Assembly (NCBI GenBank): GCA_034520965.1
Contig: JAXHMY010000001.1
Span: 32,001-96,000 of the forward strand
Length of the DNA stretch: 64,000 nucleotides
Direction of reading: 5' to 3'
DNA from: Spirochaetia bacterium
Lineage (GTDB): Bacteria > Spirochaetota > Spirochaetia > DSM-16054 > Sediminispirochaetaceae
Position 1 is the first letter of the stretch. Each line of letters begins with the position of its first letter. Below are positions 11,070 to 22,092 of the stretch, piece after piece. The notes beneath the pieces are model-generated. The model worked only from the letters and a program-made list of their open reading frames with translations. It ran no database searches and was not told the origin of the DNA. Position numbers and translations under genes: made by a program.

Positions 11070-13935
11070 TTATAACAGTGAACGAATATCTCTGCTCAAC
11101 TCATCCATATCGTAGGGTTTTTTCACCACTTTATCTGCTCCCGCCTTGTACAAGCGCTCGTCGATAGCCGTATCGGTATATCCGGTCATGGCGATGATCG
11201 GGATAGACGGGTAGCACTCCTTGATTTTCAAGATGAGTGCTTTGCCGTTCATATCCGGAAGTCCGATATCGGTAATAATCAGATCGACTTTCTCCGCTTC
11301 CTGCTCTAAGATTTTCAGCGACCCTTCGCCGTTTTCTGCCGAAAGAGTCTGATACCCATTCTCAGTCAACGCTGCATCGAGCATGGTGAGAATGGGCGCC
11401 TCATCGTCGATTATCAGAATGGTTTCCCCCTGGCCGGATTCGTAATCTTCCTGTGCCTCGTAGATCTTTGATGTCTCCTCAGCCGCCGGTAATCCCACGA
11501 TAAAAGTAGTTCCCTGTTCGAGGCTGCTGTCTATGTCTATCCATCCCTTGTGCAGTTGAAGTATCTTATATACTACAAACAGACCCAAACCGGTGCCCTT
11601 CGTCGAATCCTTGGTGGTAAAAAAGGGGTCGAAGGCGCGACTTTTCGTGTGCTCATCCATCCCGGTCCCCTCGTCGATTACCTCTATACACCAATACGAT
11701 TCGACGCCCCCCTCAGTAGTATTGTGCACACGGAGCTCCTGGCTTGTCGGCCGCCGCACTTCCAGGTAGATATCCCCTCCCTCCGGCATGGCGTCGGCCG
11801 CATTTATCGAGAGGGTAATCAAGACTTGCTGCAGCTGGCTCGGATCTGCATATACGCCCTGTTCATCCCCCACCTCTCCAATGTGCACATGCACATGCTG
11901 CGGCAGGGTGTGCTGAGCGAAATCCTTGAACTCTGACAGAAAGGAAAATAGTGCAACAGCTTTGGTCTCGGGTTGGGAGGAGCGGGTAAAGGACAACATA
12001 CGGCCAGTGACGGCATTTCCACGTTTGACACTTCCCCGTATTGCAGCTATCAGCTTCTGATTAGCTTCATCGTTGGTTCTCTTCTCTAAAACTTGAGAAG
12101 CTCCGCTTATCGCCATAAGAACGTTGTTAAAGTCATGGGCTATACCGCCGGCGAGTTGTCCCAGGGCCTCCAGCTTTTGCGCTTCGATCAACTGCTGCTC
12201 CATAAGTTCACGGTCCGTTACATCACGGATGACCTTGATAATACCCAACACATTGCCCTTAGTATCCCGTAGATAGGACAACAAGGTTTCTCCTTTAAAG
12301 GTCGCGCCGCTCTTCTTACGATATCTCAGGAGAATCTTCCGTTCCGACTCTTCCGTATACTCTTTGAGCTTATATCCCACTTTCTCGCGCTCTTCGCTAT
12401 CGTGGTAGATACAGCTGCTGCTCCTGCCCATTAGTTCATCGTAGGAGTATTCGAACAATCCGGCGAAGGCAGAATTGTAGTCGATAATCCTCCTCTCCAG
12501 GTCGGTAATGAGGATGGCATCCCACACACTGTTGAAGAGGCTCGCGTAGCGGATTTCCAATTCCTTGCGCGCAGTAATATCCCAGGCCACGGTGGTCACT
12601 CCAATTACCTCGTCATTGTCGTTCCGCATGGCTTTGGCCTTCACGTCGTAGATAATTTCTCCGGTCGAAGTGCTGAAGGCTATCTCGGAGGAGACTTCCC
12701 CCCCGGATTCAACAATTTTCCACTTCAAAAGCATGAGCTCCTGCGCCCCCTCGAGACTCGAAATCTCAGTATCTCGCTTGCCGAGCACAGTCTCTTTTTG
12801 AAAATCCGGATGAGTATTGTAGATCCAGGTATAGCGGAGATCCCTGTCGCAGGTGGCCACTATAACCGAAGCCCCGGAAAGGGCCATACGGAACCGTTCT
12901 TCGCTCTGCTCCCTGAGTTTCTCGGCATGGTAGAGCTGCAGGTAGTGGTTTTTAGCCCGCCTCTGCCACAACCCCGCAATAGTTGCGGTTATTGCAACAA
13001 GTAAGGCGCCGACAAGTCCGACAAAGCCGTACAGTATCGAGCGCAGCGGAGCGTACAGTTCCGCCGTATCCATCTTCACCACCAGAAACCAGGGGCTGTC
13101 GGGGACAGACCGGAGAACCGCCACTACCTCCTTCCCCCGATAATCTTTTCCCTCTACCACTCCCTCACGGCCCCCCGCCGCCAGAGCCGATGGCATACCA
13201 GTCTGTGCTAAGGGCAGCCGCAGCTCTAAAGGGGCTTCCTCCATAAAGCGGACCTTGCTCAAGAAGAGCACATCCTCCCCATCTGTGCGCAGTAGAAGGG
13301 TTTCCGCAGTCTCTCTCTCCACCGGCCAACTCTGTATTAGGGGATAGAGGAAGCGATACGGATCGAATCTGCAAGACGAGCACCGCCAGCTCCTCGGTAA
13401 ATTCTTTATCTGCATAGATCGGTGCAAGCACCGAGAGTAATATGGCACCGTCCCCTTCGGCGCGATGGAAATCGATGAACCGTGCAGCATTCTGCTTTAG
13501 AGCGTCTGCAATGTTGGTTTTCAGATGCGTCCAAGGGACCGTCTCCGAGTACCCCACAATCGGGTTCCCATGTCTATCGAATAACCCTATGCCGGAATAA
13601 CCGTAGGCCTCTCTCACCCTGAACAACCACGAACGGAGAGCATATAGCTGCTCACGGTCCTTCGGATCTTCGTAGTATCTCTGCAGTGCCGCAATGAATA
13701 ACTCATTACGAAAGAACACCTCTGCATCACCGGCTCTCTCTTTTCGCCACTGCACTAGTTCATCTACCTTCAAATTTGCAATGGATCTGAGATCATTTTC
13801 AACTGCCAGCCGATATTCATCGGCATAGTTTCGAAAGGAAAAGAAAATCGCAAAAGTAATACCCGCACAGACAACTAGTGCCAACAGGATTAGCGCATAC
13901 GGGACAGGAGGTCTCTTTTGGCCCTCGCTTTTCAT
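11070..13935 (-). CDS. Membrane hybrid histidine kinase (extracytoplasmic sensor, 2 PAS, HisKA, HATPase, REC); one frameshift near 13365
   Basis: The two ORFs join as LVLQI/DPYRFLYP; GGIAHDFNN, GTGLGL and a receiver domain. Confidence 0.85.
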
Positions 13936-13940
13936 GGTTT

Positions 13941-16146
13941 TCAGTTTTCCCTCAATCCGAGGAGCTTTCTCACTTCGTAGATAAGCTCATCGGGGTCGAC
14001 GGGTTTCTGAAAGCGCTTCCATTGATTCGTAAGCCCCTCCAGAGTATCGGTTTCGCTGTAACCGGAGAGAAAGATCATCTTGAGAGCGGGTGATTCCGCG
14101 ATGATCTTTTTTGCGAGTTCGATGCCGCTTCCCCCGGCATGATAACGTCGGTGATAAGGAGGTCTATTTCACTTTTTCTCTCTTGGTAGTATTCCCACGC
14201 CCGCCTGCCTTCCGCCGCTTCAAGTACGGTGTAGCCTCTCTCTCGAAGGGTCAGGGAAAGGGACTCTCGCACCATCTCTTCGTCCTCTACCAATAGAATC
14301 GTCTCATCCCCGGAGAGGCTCCACGGAGCCCCCTCGAGCTCCATGGCTTCGGGCTCCCTTCCCTCGGCCGCAGGAAAATAGAGGGAAAACTCCGTACCCT
14401 TTCCCTTCTCACTTGTACAGAAAATATACCCATTCAGTTGTTTCATCGTCCCGTAAATGGTAGCCAGCCCCAATCCGGTTCCTTCTCCAATCTTCTTTGT
14501 GGTGTAGAAAGGCTCGAACATATGGGCAATCGTCTCTTCATCTATGCCTTCGCCGGTATCCCGTACCCGCAGCAGCACATAGGTACCGGAGGCGATGATG
14601 CGGGTATCCCGGTTCTTCTTTTGAGAGGCTTCACTGAACTCCGCCGTCTCGACTATATACTCCAGATTACCTCCGTCCGGCATCACATCGCGGGCATTCG
14701 TGGCAAGGTTTATGATCATCTGGTGGAGCTGGTTAATATCCGCCAGGATGAAGGGAACGCTATGGTCGAGAACCATGGACACAGTGATGTGCTCGCCGAT
14801 AAGACGCTCGAGCATCTTTCCCGAGGCCTCGAGTACGGTGTTGATGTCCACGTTCACGATATCGAGATCCTGTTTTCTGCTGTAGGCGAGCAGCTGATGG
14901 GTCAGATCCGCCGCTCTCTTGACCGCCTTTTCGATTTCCATGAGGTGACCATACTCCGCCGCTTCAGGATCCGTCTTCTTTCGAACTATCTGGGAGAAGC
15001 CCTTTATGACCATAAGCATGTTGTTGAAGTCGTGGGCGATACCTCCGGCGAGTCTTCCAACCGCTTCCAGCTTCTGGGTAAGCCGCAGTTGCTCTTCCAG
15101 CTTCTTCCTTGCAGTTACATCGGCCATGGCAGCCACCACCCCCCGCAGCACCCCGTCACTGTTATACAACGGAGCAGCGGAGAGGCTTCCAAAGAAAAGT
15201 TCGCCGTTTTTCTTTTTCCGCTCCACCTCAATGTCAAACAGCTTTTCCCCCGACAGGACTCTGCTGAACAGGGTCCGGTGTTCTTGCTTCCTTTCCTCGG
15301 GGATAGTGGGTAAGGTGTTCCCCAGTACTTCCTCCGCCTTCCACCCGAAGACCCTCTCGCAGGATTCGTTCCACACAATGATCCTGTCCTCGACATCTAA
15401 TCCGTGAATGGCCACCGGCGAGGTGGAGATGAGGACGCGCTGAAACTCCTCGCTGCTCTTTAAGGCGTTTTCGGTCTCTTTTCTCTCGGTTATATCGCGA
15501 ATGAGGCCGACGAACCCGTTCACAGTTCCCCCTTCGTCCTTGAGGTAGTATATCCCCGTCTCTCCGGGAAAAATCTCCCCGCTCTTCTTGCGGTAGTTTA
15601 CCGTATAGGGATACGGCCGGTGCTCATTGTAGTTCTCCTTTATGTCCCTCTCTATCTCCGCGAACTGTTCTTGGTTTTCATTTACATAGGAGACATGCCG
15701 GCCCCGGATCTCCTCAAGGGTATAGCCGAATATCGTGGAAAAGGCGGTATTACAGTCGATGATGCGCCTTTCCGTATCGGCCACCAGGATTGCATCGCGT
15801 ATCGAATCGAAGAGGATTCTATAGCGCGCTTCACTCCGGGTGAGCGCCAGCTCCGCCTGCTTGCGTTCCGTAATATCCCGGGCCACCGCAAACACCGCTT
15901 CTCTCTCTTCGAAATGAGCCAATCTCGCATGCACCTCCGTCGGAATCACCTTCCCGGTTTGGCTTACATGCTCGGTCTCGAAGGTGTGTGTACCCAACCT
16001 GCTAAGCTCTTCAACCCGTTCCGCTATCTTTGCTGCATGTACGGGACTATCTATTTTGGCTAAAGGTTGCCCGATCAGCTCCTCCCTCGAGTATCCAAGC
16101 CGTTCATGGGCAGTCCGATTTACCTCGATAATTTCGCCGTCAAGAG
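13941..16146 (-). pseudogene. 3' part of a multi-PAS hybrid histidine kinase interrupted by IS110; frameshift in the receiver domain near 14125
   Basis: The frame stays open upstream of ORF 14075-15997 up to the IS boundary (SLDGEIIEVN); GGIAHDFNN motif and REC domain. Confidence 0.85.
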
Positions 16147-16199
16147 AGGAGGAATGATAAAAAGGTCTTCATAAGCTTTGTGGATTGATATACTGTCGC

Positions 16200-16375
16200 A
16201 AACTTCAGTTGAGCAGCAGGCTAGCTGTTCGGCGTTTTTCTTGGTCTACGAGACCGTCAGAGGAGAGATGAAAGAGCCGTAACCAGCAAAAGAGCGTTCA
16301 ATGGTCTACGAGACCGAATAAGGAGAATGGAATCAATTCACCGAACCGGAGCTGTTTTGAACAAACAGCGAGAGA
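16200..16375 (+). ncRNA. Putative IS110 bridge/seek RNA in the left non-coding end (boundaries approximate)
   Basis: Two identical tggtctacgagaccg hairpins (16242, 16302), followed by target-like and donor-junction-like sequence respectively. Confidence 0.6.
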
Positions 16376-16379
16376 AGCG

Positions 16380-17523
16380 ATGAAGATGAGTATTGGAGTG
16401 GATCTGCACAGAGCCAATTCACTGTCTGTTTTCTGGCGGAAAACCAGAAAGCAGTGGAAACGGGAGTGTCTGCGACAAAAGAAATCGGATATGAAGAGTT
16501 CCTCAGTAAATGTAGCGAGTACGTAGAGGCAGGGTATGAGGTGCATGCGGCGGTTGTGATCAACCGGTAACGCCCGTTATTTTCAAGCGCAACCGGGCTG
16601 CTAATACCCGGAGTTGAAGATGACGGTGGTAAACACCTTGAAGTTCAAGGTGGTGGACAGAGTCGGTCAAGAAGACGGACAAGCACGATGCGCGCAACAC
16701 TTGCGGAGTTTTTGGAGAAGGATATGCTTCCTGAATCGAGGCTGTGCAGTCAAACGAGTGAGGAGTATCCGAAGAGTATTGAAAACGAGGTCGATCAGCG
16801 GTCGAAAGCGTTCGGTTGAGAATAAAGAACCCAGTTCCGGCGGTCTGCTGCTCGGCTATCGGAATCGAGACGAAGAGAGGACAGCTGCAGAGTGAAGAAG
16901 AGAGGCAGCGCATCCTTTCCGGTCTCGTGGACCATGAGGTTTACGGAAGCGCTGCCGAAGCGGTCGAGACCGCTCTTCGATACTTTCGACCCAGGTTCAT
17001 GCCGCAGGGTCGGAGGAAGGCTGAGAGAAGGTGCTTGAGAGCATGGTTGCTGAGGACAAAGATGTAGAGTCGTTGCAGACGATTCCCGGAGTTGGGTTGA
17101 TAACTGCTGCTACACTGGGGGTTTTTATTGATGATATTGACCGTTATGAGAGCCCGAAGAAGTTCGCTGCTCATATGGGCCTGGCACCGTGGGTACAGAA
17201 CTCGAACGGGATGATCCCGTCGCGGGCATATTAACCGAACGGGGACCGAAGGAGAGTGAGAACGGCAATGGTGCAATGCGTATTGGGAATGGTCAGAAAT
17301 AAAAGAACGACCCGGCGGGTACGGACTTGTGACCCGCTATGATGCCTATGAAGAAACACAAAGGTAGCGGGAAGAGCATAATGGCTCCGGCGCGGAAATT
17401 GAGTACGGTTATCTGCATGATGCTAAAAAACAGAGAGTCCTTCAGAATCCACTAAGGATGGAGCACTCTCAAAAGTATTTGAAAATGCAGGCGGCAGCAT
17501 GTGATGCCGCAAAGGCCGGATAG
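16380..17523 (+). pseudogene. IS110 transposase with multiple frameshifts
   Basis: Fragments MKMSIGVDLH, DKH-DA, LQTIPGVGLITAA and FAAHMGLAPWVQNS fall in different frames. Confidence 0.9.
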
Positions 17524-17577
17524 CCCGGTTGACGTATGAGCTTTATTGGAAAGCTTGTGATTGACTTTTTATAGGAG

Positions 17578-18169
17578 ATGAAGATTGCATCGCCTATATG
17601 GTTAAAGAGAGTCTCGAACTTCTCCCTCTGTTCAACTACTAAACGCTCTCTTCGGCGCTCCCTACGCAAGTCGTTAAGCGTGAGGCAGAGCAACGAGACC
17701 CCCTGATATGCCAAGGGAGTAATCGACACGGCAACCGGCACTTCTAGATCCTGCCTGCAGAGTAGATACAACTCTGGTATGATCGCTTTTCCTTCGACAG
17801 ACATCGTCGAAGAAAGACTCGCAGGCCTCCTTCGACCTCTCAGCCACATAGTCAGTAAAATTCGAACCTAGCAATTCGCCCTTTCGGCGGCCGAGCAGTT
17901 CGGCATAGCTCGCGTTGCAGTAGCTGATGAATGCCGTTGCCGTCGGTAACAATCGCCCCCTCGGGCATCTCCTCGATGAATATGCTCGATATGTAGATCA
18001 TTTCGGGAAGTGTAGTGGGGGTGGCCTTTCAGGAGGAGGAGGAGGAAACTATCGCATCAATTTCTCCTTTGAACGACGCTTCCAGAGCGGCCTCGGCCTG
18101 TTCGGCCCGCAGGCGAAGGCGCTCGTTCTCGCTGAGGAGTTCCTCTCTGTTCTTTACGTTCTTCTTCAT
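17578..18169 (-). pseudogene. 5' part of the IS110-interrupted PAS kinase (frameshifted)
   Basis: ATG overlaps the kaiB stop (TGATG); MKKNVKNREELLSENERLRLRAEQAEAALEASFKGEIDAIV followed by PAS segments. Confidence 0.8.
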
Positions 18170-18468
18170 CACTCTACCTCATCATCGAGCCCCAGCGCGG
18201 CCCTCACCTTAACCCCGTCGGACAAGTCGCCCACAACCCGCCTCTGCGGTTCGGGATGTACTTTTATGAGCGTGGGAACCGCTATAACCTGATCTTGCTT
18301 TATCCTCTCGGGGGCTTCCTGTATGTCGACCACCTCGAGGTCGTATTCCTGAATGTGTTCGCAGACCTTCCGCAAATTTTTAGCCGCTTTCCGAGAGTTC
18401 GGTGTGTTCCCCATTATGTAGAGCACGATTCTGAGCCTTTCGTCTTCGCTTCTCTTCTTTTTAGGCAT
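18169..18468 (-). CDS. kaiB: Circadian clock protein KaiB homolog
   Basis: LYIMGNTPNSRKA..L..VVDI..P..VIAVPTLIK..P.P.RRVVGDLSD. Confidence 0.92.
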   Translation of the reverse strand: MPKKKRSEDERLRIVLYIMGNTPNSRKAAKNLRKVCEHIQEYDLEVVDIQEAPERIKQDQVIAVPTLIKVHPEPQRRVVGDLSDGVKVRAALGLDDEVE

Positions 18469-19876
18469 GGGAGTCCTCGCCTTCCTCCCTGATGGAGATG
18501 CCTCCGTCATGGAGGATGAAGGCGCGTCTCTCTTCGCAGTGTTTCATCCCCCTCGACTTGACAATCTCGATGAGAGCGGTTCGTTCAAGCCGCCGCTGCG
18601 CCTCTTGGAAAGAGTGATCCAGGTATCCATGAGGGAGGAAATGCCGATCTGAGTCTCCATGGGATCCTCGGAGCCGCTGTTGAGGTGTGTCATGAGGGTA
18701 GTAATGTGGCGCTCTTTCAAAAAATCCATGAATCGGGTCAGCATGGATTTTACTTCCCGAATCGAGCCGACGCTGATGAGATTCGTTATAGGGTCGATAA
18801 CCACCGCGGCAGGCTCGATTTTCTCCACCATCGATATCATCGCGTGGAGCTTGTGCTCCAAGCCGGTCATCGTCGGCCGCTTCGGCCTTGAGGCTGAGAA
18901 GACCTCTATCCAGCCACTCCTGGAGCTCGATTCCGATTGAAGCCATGTTGCGAAGAATCTGTTGGGGTGACTCCTCGAAGGCAAAGTAGAGGCAGCTCTC
19001 GCCGGCGGCACAGACCGAGGCGGCAAAGCAGGCGGCCATGCTCGTCTTCCCGCAACCGGCCTGCCCGGAAATCAACACAGTCGAATCCCTGTAGAAGCCG
19101 TTCTTCCCGCTGAGCATCTCATCGAGATCCGGGATTCCGCTGGACACCAGCTCTGAGGAGACCGAATAATCCAGCCCCAAGGAGGTGATCGGTATAATTG
19201 AGACACCCTCTTCACCGATCAGGAAGGGATATTCGTTGGTACCGTGGGCCGAACCGCGGTACTTTATGATGCGCAGTCTTCTGGTGCTCGACTGCTCCTC
19301 GATTCTGTGATCGATGGAAATGACACAGTCGGTAATGTACTCCTCCAGGCCCCATCTGGTGAGGCTGTGCTCTCCCGCCTCTCCGGTTATGACGGTCGTG
19401 ATCTCACGCTCCTTGAACCAGGTAAAGAGCCGACGCAGTTCGTGACGCATGAAGTTCTTGTCGGGAAAGGCCTGGAAGAGCGATTCGACGGTATCCAATA
19501 CCACCCGCCGCCCCTTCACCCTCGATAGGGCAGCCTCTATCCGCAAAAAGAGGGCATCGAGGGTAAACTCACCTGCCTGGGCCTGTCCGGCGGGACCTGC
19601 ATCGATGTATTCGATGTAGAGTTTTCCCTTCTGTACGAGTTCGGGGATCATCCCATGCAGCGAGGAGAAGTCCTGTATGATATCCTGCTCGCTCTGCTCG
19701 AATGAGAAGAGCAGTCCGGGCTCATCCAGCTCCAGCGCCCCCTGTATGAGGTATTCCATCGACAAGGTTGATTTCCCGCATCCCGGTCCGCCGCACACGA
19801 GGGTTGGTCGGCCATACGGCAGACCTCCTTTAGTGACCTCATCCAATCCCTCTATTCCCGTCCGTGACTTTTTCAT
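18461..19876 (-). CDS. kaiC: Double-domain KaiC (KaiC2-like); two compensating frameshifts in the CII domain
   Basis: Two Walker A motifs (GGPGCGKS, GQAGCGKT), KYRGS and KSRG; RPTMTGLE..GISSLMDTW reads in the alternate ORF 18544-19026. Confidence 0.92.
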   Translation of the reverse strand: MKKSRTGIEGLDEVTKGGLPYGRPTLVCGGPGCGKSTLSMEYLIQGALELDEPGLLFSFEQSEQDIIQDFSSLHGMIPELVQKGKLYIEYIDAGPAGQAQAGEFTLDALFLRIEAALSRVKGRRVVLDTVESLFQAFPDKNFMRHELRRLFTWFKEREITTVITGEAGEHSLTRWGLEEYITDCVISIDHRIEEQSSTRRLRIIKYRGSAHGTNEYPFLIGEEGVSIIPITSLGLDYSVSSELVSSGIPDLDEMLSGKNGFYRDSTVLISGQAGCGKTSMAACFAASVCAAGESCLYFAFEESPQQILRNMASIGIELQEWLDRGLLSLKAEAADDDRLGAQAPRDDIDGGENRACRGGYRPYNESHQRRLDSGSKIHADPIHGFFERAPHYYPHDTPQQRLRGSHGDSDRHFLPHGYLDHSFQEAQRRLERTALIEIVKSRGMKHCEERRAFILHDGGISIREEGEDSHA

Positions 19877-19978
19877 TTTGACCTCTTACTTTTAAATATA
19901 GGTTTTTGCCAATCTTTTTTCTATTATTTCTGCTGTTTTTCGCTATTTTTTTCGGTAGTACATTTACTTCAGGCGCTT

Positions 19979-20452
19979 TCAAAATGATAATTTTGAAAGA
20001 ACCTTACGATGACGGTTAATGAATGTCTCGAAAAAGTAGAAGAGACCATCGCCGCGCCCCCCCCCGAAATAGTTCTTGAAGAAATCCGAGAACGCCTCGC
20101 CACCGTAGATATTCTGCCAGTCCCCGCCGGTTCCACTGTAGTAGTAACTCTGTTCTCCCCTTCGGGAAGCTCCACCGTCGGCGTACTTGGACCTGTCAAA
20201 ACCCTGTGGTCCATCGGTATCCTGGTATCGCTGCCAGTTGGAACCGAGTTCATCATATTTCTTCCGATTCTCATCGTCGGACAACACCTCGTGAGCTTCG
20301 CTGATTTCCGCAAATTTCAGGGTCGTTTCTTTGTCGTTTGGTTTCACATCGGGGTGGTATTTGCGCGCCAGTTTCCTGTAAGCCTTTTTTATCTCGTCCT
20401 TCGATGCTTTTTTATCGTCTCCGAGTATCTGGTAGTAGTCTTTGTATTCCAT
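19979..20452 (-). pseudogene. DnaJ/CbpA-like protein truncated after the J domain and G/F-rich linker
   Basis: MEYKDYY..YHPD..FSDFF; the C-terminal domain is missing. Confidence 0.8.
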
Positions 20453-20578
20453 CGTACGCAAAAATCCTCGTCTAAAGTTACGCAGGAGGCAGGCTATCCG
20501 TCAATCTACGCGCTGTCCTGGATCAGACAACCTCCTCAATTCCCAAGTGATTATTGCGAATATTATCATGTACTCAGC

Positions 20579-20710
20579 AATTCTAAATTTGGAAGTCTTC
20601 CGACTTCCAAATTTAGAATTTGCTTCATTTTCTTAGCAAAAATTGGTAGATCAATACAGTTGGAGGCATTCTCAGTTTGGATAGTGCATTGCACTATCCA
20701 AACTGAGAAT
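20579..20710. repeat. Pair of related long perfect palindromes
   Basis: 19-bp stem with ttcc loop (20579-20620) and 21-bp arms around a single base (20668-20710). Confidence 0.85.
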
Positions 20711-20768
20711 TGCTGTCATGTACTGTCAATAGTTGACACGTCTGAGTATGGCGAGTTACACTTATAAC

Positions 20769-20876
20769 AGATACGTACAAATATCTTTTCGTGTCGAGGT
20801 CGAGCATCGCCTGAGCAGTCTCCAGATCATAGTCGGAGAGTTCAAGCCAATACTGTTTCAATTCCTGAACATCCAT
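20769..20876 (-). pseudogene. HEPN gene 5' fragment (paralog of 589-987)
   Basis: MDVQELKQYWLELSDYDLETAQAMLDLDTKRYLYV; near-identical DNA with a 6-bp duplication. Confidence 0.85.
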
Positions 20877-20883
20877 ACACCAA

Positions 20884-20921
20884 CATTATAACAGCGGACT
20901 GGGTCGTTTGTCTCGATTGAA
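20884..20921 (-). promoter_or_regulatory. Repeated TA promoter module, copy 3
   Basis: cattataacagcggactgggtcgtttgtctcgattgaa. Confidence 0.65.
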
Positions 20922-20962
20922 AGCCTGATTGCCACTCACAATAGCAAATACTCGTCCTTCCC

Positions 20963-21138
20963 AGTTACACCAAAGTTACCACACTTTGACATGAAGCATA
21001 TGATTAATCTGAATACAGCCCCTCCTTAAAGGTCGAAACTATTGCGATACAAGACTAATATGTCCGAATAGATGAAAAGGCGGCCTGAAGCGAAGTCGAC
21101 ACGATGTCTACGAGCGAGAGGCGAATCCTCCTAGACGT
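20963..21138 (+). repeat. att-like junction repeat, copy 4 (degenerate tRNA part)
   Basis: agttacaccaaagttaccacactttg..ctaatatgtc..ggcggcct..cgaatcctcctagacgt. Confidence 0.75.
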
Positions 21139-21501
21139 ACAAATTATGCTGTATAATGAAGCACTTCTACTTCAACCTTTCTCTTTACCGCCTCTTAAAA
21201 TCATCTTCCCAGATCAGAGAGGATCGGGCTCATATAATGGTCCTTCATTTGAGCTGGCGCAGCAGCTACTACCAGGAACTCGATTACGGCTTCTGGCGCA
21301 CAGATGTGTATCAGGGGCTACATCGACAGGAGCGATAGGAAGAACGGGGAACCGCTTTTTTTATCCAGTTAGATTTTCCCTCAGGAAGCCTGCTTTTTAT
21401 CCACCATCCTGCCGGTCACATATAGCCACATGGGAAAAACTAAAAAAAATAAGTTTACCTACTTGAATATTATCATATTTGATAATATTATCTAAATAGA
21501 T

Positions 21502-22092
21502 ATGAAACAGAAGATGAATGTACAAAAACGTGCGAAGCTTGTGATCCACCCGGTGAGACTTCGCATCATCACCCTTCTTACCGGCAGGGAGCTGACCAGC
21601 CTGGAGCTGGCAGAGCGGCTTCCAGAGGTAGCCCAGGCAACCCTCTACCGGCACATCAAACAGCTGGAAGAGGGAGGCATCATCCGGATCACCGAAACCC
21701 ACCAGGTGAGGGGAACGGTGGAGAAGGTCTACACCGCAGGAGCCGGTGAGAAGAGCCATTTTTCAGCCAAGGAGATCCGGCAGCTTTCCACAGAGGAGCA
21801 CACCGCCCTCTTTGCCTCCTTTATTGCCGGACTCTATGAGCAATTTCTCTCCCTTACCGGAAAGGCGGAAGCCAGGCCGGAACTGTTTGAGATGATGGGT
21901 TACGGGAACATACCTGTTCGGATGCGTCCTGCGGACCTGCACCAATTTCAGCAGGAGTTTGGCGAACTGCTGCAACGATATATGGAAAAAGCGACGGATG
22001 AACCTGCGGGTTCAAAAGATTCATCAAAGGCCGTTGATTTTACATTTACCACAATACTATTTCCGGAGGCAGACCATGACTCTCAATCTTAA
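21502..22092 (+). CDS. ArsR-like winged-HTH regulator
   Basis: HPVRLRII..ATLYRHIKQLEEGG..VRGTVEKVY. Confidence 0.85.
   Translation: MKQKMNVQKRAKLVIHPVRLRIITLLTGRELTSLELAERLPEVAQATLYRHIKQLEEGGIIRITETHQVRGTVEKVYTAGAGEKSHFSAKEIRQLSTEEHTALFASFIAGLYEQFLSLTGKAEARPELFEMMGYGNIPVRMRPADLHQFQQEFGELLQRYMEKATDEPAGSKDSSKAVDFTFTTILFPEADHDSQS

Larger units (their letters stand above)
16147..17577 (+). mobile_element. IS110-family element flanked by AGGAG at both ends
   Basis: AGGAG at 16147-16151 and 17573-17577; removing the element restores the kinase frame DAIFIS-SLDGE; no terminal inverted repeats seen. Confidence 0.9.

Noticed and set aside
14438..15313. Long + strand ORFs antisense to real genes (also 2366-2998, 20009-20767, 24157-25017, 25951-26850)
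   Set aside because: Shadow ORFs opposite well-supported genes, with no recognisable motifs.
18461..19876. Programmed frameshifting in kaiC
   Set aside because: No slippery site at the shifts, and neighbouring genes have many similar indels.
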